In this document: piece by piece, positions 56,707 to 64,000 of the stretch
How positions within the stretch are numbered: the first letter of the stretch is position 1
Layout: each line of letters opens with the position of its first letter
NCBI RefSeq assembly: GCF_035492295.1
Contig: NZ_DATJJK010000021.1
Location: 3,825 to 67,824 of the forward strand
Direction of reading: 5' to 3'
DNA from: Acidisoma sp.
GTDB lineage: Bacteria > Pseudomonadota > Alphaproteobacteria > Acetobacterales > Acetobacteraceae
Length of the DNA stretch: 64,000 nucleotides
The notes under the pieces: generated by a model
The model's input: the letters and a program-made list of their open reading frames with translations, nothing else
What the model was told of the DNA's origin: nothing
Databases searched by the model: none
Translations under genes and position numbers: made by a program

Positions 56707-57117
56707 CCGGATTGCCTCCTCGCGATGGCGGGGAATGACCGCTAGAACGACGTTTCCCGGTCCGGCATAGGCCACAACCCATTCCGGATGATCGACAAGC
56801 TTCCAATCATTAGCATTATTGTCTAATAGCGTACCGCTTGAGTGAAAGATAGCAACATTAGGCCACTGGACTCAGGAAATCATAAGACAGGCCAAAAGGA
56901 GTGTGCCAGGCTCGGCAGAGCGAAAGGACGGGTAGGCGCGGGACGACGCTGTACGCGCCTCCGGATCGCAGGCAGGGTCCTTCACTTTGCTATTCGCGCA
57001 AACTGTGCCCCGAGTTCCGATTGCGCCTTCGGTAGGTGATTATGGTAGTGTGCATGGAGCATTCTAGAAAAAATTGCTCGTCCTGTTTCTTGCTCTGCAA
57101 CTTTGTTGTGCGGTGAA

Positions 57118-58194
57118 ATGGCCGGTTTGGACCCGCTGCCGATTGATGCTCGCGTAAGGCAAGAACAACGCCGCCGTTTAGGTGTGCTTGTGGGGGCTAC
57201 GCGTTTCGCCACGCAACAGGGAACCGAGGAAAGCTTTCGCCTAGATCTCGTGGATCTTGATGCGTATGGTGGTGCTCCCGCGGGCATAGGACTTCCTTTC
57301 GCCGGACATGGGCTCGCGCTGCGCCCGGGTTCGTCACGCGAGGCGGTGATCTTCGAAAAGCGCGGCCGTGGCGGCTGCGCCGTCGATCTCGTTGCGCGAC
57401 GCGTCATAAAATCTATAGAGCCAACGGCCGGTCATGCTTTTTATGGGCACTGCGCCTACGCTCCAAGTGGGAACGTCCTATTCATCGTCGAGACGCAACT
57501 TGGAAGTCTTGAGGGGGCGATCTCGGTGCGAGACCCGGACACGTTCGCCGTGCTTGGGACGATCCCTACCTATGGCGTGGCCCCGCATGATTGTCACATT
57601 CTTGAGGATGGCCGGACGCTGGTTGTCACGAACGGGGGCGGCCCCGTCACCTCGCCGTATCTACCGTCGGTGACGTTCATCGACGTCAATTCGCGAGCGC
57701 TGGTGGAACAACACGAGTTTCGGGAGTTTAACTGGAACGCGGGACATGTTGCTGTCTTGGCCGGCAGAGCGTTCGCCGCAGTATCGGCGGCAAGAGACGG
57801 TCTAGCATCGCCGCTGCCACCGGGCGGCGTGACCCTGCGCAGGTGCGGCGACAGTCCCATCGGAATGAGCATGCCGAAGTCTGTCACCTCCCGACTTTTG
57901 GGAGAGTCGCTCAGCGTCGCGATCGATCCGACCTCACGAGTGGTATGTGCGACTCATCCCGCCGCTGATCTCGTGACATTCTGGAGTCTCGACGCTGGCG
58001 CGCTGGAGAGCTCTTTAGAGTTACCGCAGCCCCGTGGTGTCACGATGACACTTGACGGGCGGTTCTTCGCCGTGTCGTACGGGGTCGATGCGCGCGTGCT
58101 GCTCGTTGAGGCCCTTACTCTTCGTGTTGTGACCGGCCGCCGGGTTGGGGCCGGCATGCTGGGTGGAGCACATCTTTACACTTGGACCGGGTGA
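57118..58194 (+). CDS. DUF1513-like beta-propeller protein
   Basis: GHAFYGHCAY..SGNVLFIVET, GVAPHD...DGRTLVVTNGG, THP...VTFW; start uncertain (57103 or 57118). Confidence 0.78.
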   Translation: MAGLDPLPIDARVRQEQRRRLGVLVGATRFATQQGTEESFRLDLVDLDAYGGAPAGIGLPFAGHGLALRPGSSREAVIFEKRGRGGCAVDLVARRVIKSIEPTAGHAFYGHCAYAPSGNVLFIVETQLGSLEGAISVRDPDTFAVLGTIPTYGVAPHDCHILEDGRTLVVTNGGGPVTSPYLPSVTFIDVNSRALVEQHEFREFNWNAGHVAVLAGRAFAAVSAARDGLASPLPPGGVTLRRCGDSPIGMSMPKSVTSRLLGESLSVAIDPTSRVVCATHPAADLVTFWSLDAGALESSLELPQPRGVTMTLDGRFFAVSYGVDARVLLVEALTLRVVTGRRVGAGMLGGAHLYTWTG

Positions 58195-58425
58195 GGAGTG
58201 TGCCGGCGGCGGCGCCCGGTCGCGCGGATAGGCGCTCGCCTGATGAGACAGCAGCGATCCAGCCAGCGTAAGCTTGGTAGGCAGGGCTCTTGGACTGCAC
58301 TGCGTTTGCGGATGGATGAGATTGGTCGAAGCCGGAACCGATATGGATAGCCGCTTCTTTTGACGATGCGGCGAGGAGAAACCCGTGCTATTGGCAAGAA
58401 GCCGGTTCACTGGCCTTTTCGTTTA

Positions 58426-59406
58426 TCATCCCGCCGCCGCGGCTGATAGCCAGCTCATCGCATCCTCGAGCTCCTGTGGCATGTCTCCTTCGAAAACGAC
58501 AACGAGGAAGTTGTCGCTTGCTGCCCCATCTTCGGCGACCTGAGCCTCAACGACCGGATAAAAAGTGTGATGCACAGCCTGTATAATGAGTGGTGCCGGG
58601 CATCCCTCGAACGCGAGCTGTCCTTTGATCCTCATGATGCGGCTGCCGTATTGGTTCAGTAGATCGTGCAACCAGATCTGGAATGCGGGCCATGCCAACG
58701 GCTGCTCCGGCCGGAGGAGAAGGCTCGAGATACCCGCCAAATGATCGAAGACTCTGTCACAGCGGAGATTGGACATCGCCATTGCCGCGGTCGTCCCGGT
58801 GAACAAGAAGTCGGGGTTGACCCCTCTGTCGCCGCGACAGATCGGTGCGAGCGGATTGAGTGTCGCCAAGCGCCTCTCCAGGGCTTCAATCGCTCGAACC
58901 TCTACGAGGTCGCATTTTGAAATAAGAAGGCGATCCGCAAGGCAGATCTGGTTGCGGTTCGTGACGCTGCTGGCCAGTCGCGCCAGGCCATGTTCTGCGT
59001 CTACCAAAGTTACTATGCTTTGCAGAGCGAAAACTTCGGCCAAGAGGGGGTGGCACCCGACCGAGGCCACGAGAGGTGCCGGCTCAGCAAGCCCGGTGGT
59101 CTCGATGATCACACGTCGGAAGTTCGGCACCTCACCAGTAAGCCAGGATGTGTAAAGTTCCCGAAGAGTTTGAACGATGTCCTGCCGGATCGAGCAGCAC
59201 AAACATCCGTTCGGCATCAGCATTACAGTGTTGGTCGCAGCCTTGATGAGGTTATGGTCGAGTCCGACTTCACCAAACTCATTGACGATAACAGCGGTGT
59301 CGCTCATATCGGGACGGCGTAGCAGGTGGCCGATCAGGGTTGTCTTGCCGCTGCCCAAAAATCCGGTGAAGATCGCGATGGGCCAGGTTGAGGACAGTGC
59401 GGTCAT
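58426..59406 (-). CDS. CobW/COG0523-family G3E GTPase (putative metallochaperone)
   Basis: GFLGSGKTT, VNEFG, GCLCC, IETTGLAEP, SKCD, C-terminal RIKG. Confidence 0.9.
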   Translation of the reverse strand: MTALSSTWPIAIFTGFLGSGKTTLIGHLLRRPDMSDTAVIVNEFGEVGLDHNLIKAATNTVMLMPNGCLCCSIRQDIVQTLRELYTSWLTGEVPNFRRVIIETTGLAEPAPLVASVGCHPLLAEVFALQSIVTLVDAEHGLARLASSVTNRNQICLADRLLISKCDLVEVRAIEALERRLATLNPLAPICRGDRGVNPDFLFTGTTAAMAMSNLRCDRVFDHLAGISSLLLRPEQPLAWPAFQIWLHDLLNQYGSRIMRIKGQLAFEGCPAPLIIQAVHHTFYPVVEAQVAEDGAASDNFLVVVFEGDMPQELEDAMSWLSAAAAG

Positions 59407-60434
59407 GTGTCGCGCACAACGAGGTGCGGAGAGATCAGGATGCGCTCGGCCGGTCCTGCCGGCCTCATGATGCGCCTCAGTAGCAGGCTCGCGGCGCGGG
59501 CGCCCACTTCAACCGGCAGTGTTGCAACGGTTGTCAAAGCCGGGACAGAATGCGACGATTCCGGGATATTGTCGAAGCCGACCACGCTCAAGTCTACGCC
59601 GGGAACGATTCCAAGTTGCCGCAACGCCACTACGACACCAAGCGCCAGCAGGTCGTTATGGCAGATGATCGCGCTCGGAGGATTGCTGCGGGAGAGGACC
59701 TCGGCCACCACTTCGCCGGCGTCAAATCGTGATGAGCGGCCCGGCAGAACCAAGCCTGCGCCGAGCCCACATTGCCGGACGGCACTGGTAAACGCAGCGA
59801 TCCGCTCTCGCGCCGCCGATGTGTTTTTGGCGCTGGGCAAGAGCGCAATCCGGTCGTGACCTTTCGAGACCAAATACTCGACCGCCATGCGAGTGCCCAT
59901 CGCGAAGTCCGGAGCAACAAAATCGCTCGCATCGCCACCGAAGGACCGAAGAATCTGGACGAAGGGGAGGTTCCAGTCGCGCATCCGTCCGAGGAGGAGC
60001 GGCGAACTGCCTTCCGCGGCACAGATGATGATACCCTCTACGCCACGCTCTCTGATGCGGCGGATGAAGCGCTCCTGACGTTCGGGGCTGTCGGCCGAGT
60101 TCGCGACAAAGCAAAGGCGGCCGTCAACGTCCAAAGTATCGTCGATGCCGGATAGAAGCTCGGCGTAAAACGGGTTGGTGATTTCGGGGACGATCACACC
60201 AATTGTCCCGGACACTCCGGAACGCAGCTGTGCGGCGCCGCGATTGTAGACGTATCCCACCGCAGAAATTGACTGTTGCACCCGCTCTCGTGTCTCGTCG
60301 GCTACCAGAGGGCTTTGGCGCAGCACCAGCGAGACTGTGGCCCGGGATACGCCGGCCGCTTCGGCGACCTGCACGATGGTCGCGCCACGGCGGGTCCCCG
60401 TTGACCGAGGGCTCAGCTTCTCACCGTCACCCAT
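59403..60434 (-). CDS. LacI-family transcriptional regulator
   Basis: TIVQVAEAAGVSRATVSLV, YVYN, DLSVVGFDN. Confidence 0.92.
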   Translation of the reverse strand: MGDGEKLSPRSTGTRRGATIVQVAEAAGVSRATVSLVLRQSPLVADETRERVQQSISAVGYVYNRGAAQLRSGVSGTIGVIVPEITNPFYAELLSGIDDTLDVDGRLCFVANSADSPERQERFIRRIRERGVEGIIICAAEGSSPLLLGRMRDWNLPFVQILRSFGGDASDFVAPDFAMGTRMAVEYLVSKGHDRIALLPSAKNTSAARERIAAFTSAVRQCGLGAGLVLPGRSSRFDAGEVVAEVLSRSNPPSAIICHNDLLALGVVVALRQLGIVPGVDLSVVGFDNIPESSHSVPALTTVATLPVEVGARAASLLLRRIMRPAGPAERILISPHLVVRDT

Positions 60435-60498
60435 GTTTGTAGCCGAACGTCACCACGGGCATTCGCATAGCAACTTCCAGACCGTCCTGTCGAGAATA

Positions 60499-60512
60499 TT
60501 AGATCGATCTAA
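60499..60512. promoter_or_regulatory. LacI-family operator (perfect palindrome)
   Basis: TTAGATCGATCTAA with central CG, between divergent lacI and the ABC operon. Confidence 0.78.
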
Positions 60513-60600
60513 ATCCTGTTGACCCGTACGCGTCATTGGGTTGAGAATGGCAACATTCGTCGAAGGCTCCAGAAGAGAGCCGACGGAAGGGAGGCAGAAG

Positions 60601-61710
60601 ATGCCGTTTTTCGCAGCTGCGGCAAGGGCTGTCGCGGTAGGCTTCGGATTGGTCGTCTTGAGCCACGCGGCCTTCGCAAAGGATGACACGGTCGCGAGCG
60701 CCAAGGCAGCCGTCGCGCGTTATGCGGGACCGCAGACCGTGTGGGAGGGGCCAACATCGGCTCCCAAGCCTATGGCGGGCATGTCCATTGTTTATCTCTC
60801 CGGAGATGAACAGAACGACATCTCCCGAGAATACGGCCTCTTCATGAAAGCTGCGGCCGCGAAGCTAGGCTGGAAGCTGACCGTGATCGATGGCAAAGGC
60901 AGTCCGTCGAACTGGGTGTCGGGATTCAATCAGGCCATCGCGTTGAAACCAAACGGCATTGCTATCTTTGCTGACGCAAAAAGCCTGCAGGGTCCGATTC
61001 AAACGGCGGTTGCACGGAACATCGTCGTCATCGGGCTGCACGCAGCCTCTCTGCCGGGCCCCAATCCTGCGCTTCATCTCTTCGTCAACATCCAGGAAGA
61101 CCCGCGGGAAATCGGCCGTGCGGAGGCCGACTGGGCGATCGCGGACAGTGACGGCAAGGCGCGGGTCGTCATCATCACCCATAATGAATATCAAATTGCT
61201 CAGACGAAATCCGATGCGACGCGCGACCGAGTCGAAGCGTGTTCCGGCTGCAAGGTTCTCGACTACTCTAACTTTCCAGCTTCGGAAGCGGCCCAGCGCA
61301 TGCCGCAGTTGACCACGAGCTGGCTGCAGCGGTTTGGTGTGCCAATCTACATCACCTCGGTTGGGGACAATGACCTCGATTTTGCGATCCCTGCACTTCG
61401 CAGCGCCGGAGTTTCGCCTAATCAAGCCAAACTGATCGGCGCTGACGGCAATCGCTCAGCCTACGAGCGAATTCGCCGCGGTAACGACTATCAGACGGTT
61501 ACCGTGTCGGAGCCGATCGAGCTTCAAGCCTATCAGGCGATCGACGAGTTCAACCGCGCCTTCAACAAGGCGCCCCCGAGCGGCTTTGTGCAACCGCCCT
61601 ATCTCGTCACTGCCGAGAATGTAAACACGGAGGGTGGCAAACAGGACGTTTTCATCCCTGACAATGACTACAAGAGCCATTACCTGAAGATCTGGGGCGT
61701 CGCCCCGTGA
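60601..61710 (+). CDS. Sugar ABC transporter substrate-binding protein (RbsB-like)
   Basis: Sec signal ending AFA; WEGPTSAPK, IDGKG; GGGAGG RBS. Confidence 0.86.
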   Translation: MPFFAAAARAVAVGFGLVVLSHAAFAKDDTVASAKAAVARYAGPQTVWEGPTSAPKPMAGMSIVYLSGDEQNDISREYGLFMKAAAAKLGWKLTVIDGKGSPSNWVSGFNQAIALKPNGIAIFADAKSLQGPIQTAVARNIVVIGLHAASLPGPNPALHLFVNIQEDPREIGRAEADWAIADSDGKARVVIITHNEYQIAQTKSDATRDRVEACSGCKVLDYSNFPASEAAQRMPQLTTSWLQRFGVPIYITSVGDNDLDFAIPALRSAGVSPNQAKLIGADGNRSAYERIRRGNDYQTVTVSEPIELQAYQAIDEFNRAFNKAPPSGFVQPPYLVTAENVNTEGGKQDVFIPDNDYKSHYLKIWGVAP

Positions 61711-63251
61711 TGGAGGCCGGGCGCGGCCGGGCCGAGGCCTCTCCGCTTCTGGCTCTGGCTGGCGTGACGAAGCAATTTCTTGGAACTCTGGCCTTGGACC
61801 ATGTGGATCTCGACGTTCGGAGCGGCGAGATTCACGCCCTTCTGGGCCAGAACGGCGCCGGGAAGTCTACGCTGATCAAGCTGTTGGCGGGGATTTTTCC
61901 GCCCACGGAGGGGCAGATCCTATGGCGTGGTCAGCTTGTCAATCCGATATCAGAACAACTTCCCATCACCTTCATTCATCAGGATCTCGGCCTCGTTGAC
62001 AGCATGACGGTCGCTGAGAACGTGGCGATCATGGCCGGTTACCCCCGTCGCCTCGGTATCATCGACTGGGCTGAGGCCGCCAGCGCCGCGCGCCGCGCGC
62101 TCGCGAAAATGGACAGTCCAATCAACCCTGAGACGCGCCTGGGGGACCTGTCTGCGGCCGAGAAATCCATCGTTGCGATCGCCCGGGCACTGGTGCGGCG
62201 GTGCGATCTGCTCGTTTTGGACGAACCAACCGCAGCGCTCCCGGCCGCCGATGTGACGCTACTGCTCGATACGCTGCAGCGACTGAAGGCGAGCGGCATT
62301 GGGCTTCTGTACGTCACGCACAGATTGGACGAGGTGTTCAGGATCGCCGATCGCGTGACGGTGCTCCGCGATGGGCGGCGCATCACCACCTGCGGTGTCG
62401 CCGAGAGTTCGCCGGCCCGCCTCGTCGACTGGATTGTTGGCGGTGCGCTTGCGCAGACGGAATTCGCCACCACCATGGCTTCAGACGAGATCCTGCTTGC
62501 GGTGGACAGGCTGGTCGTGCATCAGGAGGACGGGTCGGGGGTGGTTGGTCCGGTCAGCCTTGCGCTTCGCCGTGGCGAGACGCTTGGCCTCGTCGGGCTC
62601 AAAGGTGCGGGCCATCACGCCTTGGGCCGAACCCTGTTCGGCGCAACACGACCCCAGTCCGGCACCGTGCAATTCAAAGGCAGGCCGATTGAGGTGCACG
62701 GGCCGGGCGACGCGATCCGCCACGGCATAGGTTTTGTCTCGTCGCGACGCGCCGAGGAAAGTCTGGCCAGTTCCCTCAGCGTGCTGGAAAATCTCTATCT
62801 GAACTCCAGCGCCCGGAGCATATCGCCGCTGCGGCCCGTGGCCCCCGCCCGCGAGTTGGAAGCGTGTCGCCGTGCCTTGGCCCGGTTTTCGGTCCGGCCG
62901 CCCGATCCTTCGCCACCTGTCGCGACACTCAGCGGCGGCAATCAGCAGAAGGTCGTTGTCGCCCGCTGGATGGAGTCAGACGTTGAGCTGCTCATCCTGG
63001 AAGAGCCCACGATTGGTGTCGATGTCGGATCAAAGGCGGAGATCTATCGCGATCTTGAGCTTGCGCATAAGCGGGGCCGTGCCGTCCTCCTCATTTCGTC
63101 GGATTTCGAGGAGGTTGAGAAAGTTTGCCATCGGGCTCTCGTCTTCAATCGTGGCCAGGTCACCGCCGAAATCGTCCGACCGGATATATCCGTCGCCAGG
63201 CTGACCGAACTCGCTGCCGGGTCGGGCGAAGCCGCGAGCGCTGCGGCATGA
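61707..63251 (+). CDS. Sugar ABC transporter ATP-binding protein (RbsA-like)
   Basis: GQNGAGKS, LVLDEPT, LSGGNQQK. Confidence 0.92.
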   Translation: MMEAGRGRAEASPLLALAGVTKQFLGTLALDHVDLDVRSGEIHALLGQNGAGKSTLIKLLAGIFPPTEGQILWRGQLVNPISEQLPITFIHQDLGLVDSMTVAENVAIMAGYPRRLGIIDWAEAASAARRALAKMDSPINPETRLGDLSAAEKSIVAIARALVRRCDLLVLDEPTAALPAADVTLLLDTLQRLKASGIGLLYVTHRLDEVFRIADRVTVLRDGRRITTCGVAESSPARLVDWIVGGALAQTEFATTMASDEILLAVDRLVVHQEDGSGVVGPVSLALRRGETLGLVGLKGAGHHALGRTLFGATRPQSGTVQFKGRPIEVHGPGDAIRHGIGFVSSRRAEESLASSLSVLENLYLNSSARSISPLRPVAPARELEACRRALARFSVRPPDPSPPVATLSGGNQQKVVVARWMESDVELLILEEPTIGVDVGSKAEIYRDLELAHKRGRAVLLISSDFEEVEKVCHRALVFNRGQVTAEIVRPDISVARLTELAAGSGEAASAAA

Positions 63252-64000
63252 GTACCTCGGTCACCAGCAGGCCCCGCAGCGCATCGGGTTGGTCCCGCGC
63301 GGTTTCGGTCTGGGGTCTCCTGGTGCTTCTGGTCGTTCTCATCGCGCTGTTCTCGGTGCTGAAACCCGAGACCTTCCCCACCTACTTCAATTTTCGCTCG
63401 ATCATGGACAACAAGGCAATCTCGGCGCTGCTCGCGCTGGCGGTCTTCCTGCCGATGACGGCGACGCATTTCGACCTCTCGGTCGGCTTTCTCCTAGGAA
63501 TTTCGCAGGTTCTGGTGATTGGACTTCAGGGGCAGGGTCTCGGATGGATTGAGTGTTCGGCACTTGTCCTGCTCCTGGGTGCTGTTGTCGGCCTGTTCAA
63601 CGGCGTGCTCGTGACGATTGTGGGGATCGACAGTTTTATCGCCACGCTCGGTACGGGAACGCTGCTTTATGGACTTAACGAATGGTACACGGGCGGCCAG
63701 CAGGTGGTGGCGTCCCTGCCTCCTGCATTTCTCGGCCTTTCCGGCGTGATCTTCGGCATTCCGCTGCCCGCGCTATATGTGCTCGTTCTCAGCCTGATTT
63801 TGTGGGTGGTCTTCGAATACCTCCCTGCGGGCCGACATCTTTACGTGCTGGGTGCAAATCCGCGGGCGGCGGAACTGAACGGCATCTCGGCCAAGCGTTA
63901 TGTCACGGTGGCCTTTGTGGCCGCTGGTGTGACGGCTGCCTTCGCGGGCATCATTCTTCAATCACAATTACAGGTTGGGCAAAGTTCGGTGGGGCAGGAA
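63248..64000 (+). CDS. Sugar ABC transporter permease (RbsC-like), truncated by window end
   Basis: ATGA overlap; hand translation MSTSVTSRP...HFDLSVG...SFIATLG...LGANPRAAELNGI; absent from the ORF track because it has no stop in the window. Confidence 0.88.
   Translation, partial: MSTSVTSRPRSASGWSRAVSVWGLLVLLVVLIALFSVLKPETFPTYFNFRSIMDNKAISALLALAVFLPMTATHFDLSVGFLLGISQVLVIGLQGQGLGWIECSALVLLLGAVVGLFNGVLVTIVGIDSFIATLGTGTLLYGLNEWYTGGQQVVASLPPAFLGLSGVIFGIPLPALYVLVLSLILWVVFEYLPAGRHLYVLGANPRAAELNGISAKRYVTVAFVAAGVTAAFAGIILQSQLQVGQSSVGQE

Noticed and set aside
1-64000. CRISPR array, tRNA/rRNA genes, IS or integrase
   Set aside because: No regularly spaced repeats, RNA-gene signatures or recombinase/transposase motifs seen on reading; not verified computationally

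Overview
High-GC window that looks alphaproteobacterial (Acetobacteraceae/Rhizobiales-like; inferred from gene content only). About 70% is catabolic and transport DNA. It opens with adhP (behind an FNR/FixK-type box) and a Kch-type K+ channel. A sugar/glycoside cluster follows (2.7-17.4 kb), with TIM-barrel isomerases, a Gfo/Idh/MocA oxidoreductase, a six-gene ABC importer whose two ATPases carry complementary degenerate motifs, a Tm-1-like/PEP-hydrolase gene pair and a tandem SRPBCC protein. Next are a FadR-linked FAH/hydrolase/amidohydrolase/ABC cluster (17.5-27.3 kb), a LacI-controlled inositol-like cluster with two matching operators (27.4-36.1 kb), a fatty-acid desaturase and, at the right end, CobW/LacI/ribose-type ABC genes. 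The stand-out feature is a ~17-kb block of seven uncharacterised genes (39.8-56.7 kb) next to a frameshifted methyltransferase remnant. Two giant beta-rich proteins without signal peptides converge, with zero gap, on a five-gene operon. That operon encodes a small beta protein; an orphan HlyD-like adaptor with a ~120-aa Ser/Thr-rich insert in its helical hairpin; two glycosyltransferase genes (four GT domains); and an 887-aa protein with a catalytically substituted L,D-transpeptidase/Tlde1-like N-terminus, a possible degenerate nuclease fold and a glycine-zipper C-terminus. I propose, as inference, an undescribed export or membrane-penetration system with dedicated glycosylation. No rRNA, tRNA, CRISPR array, integrase or transposase was recognised. 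All family calls come from motif recognition by eye; no searches were run.
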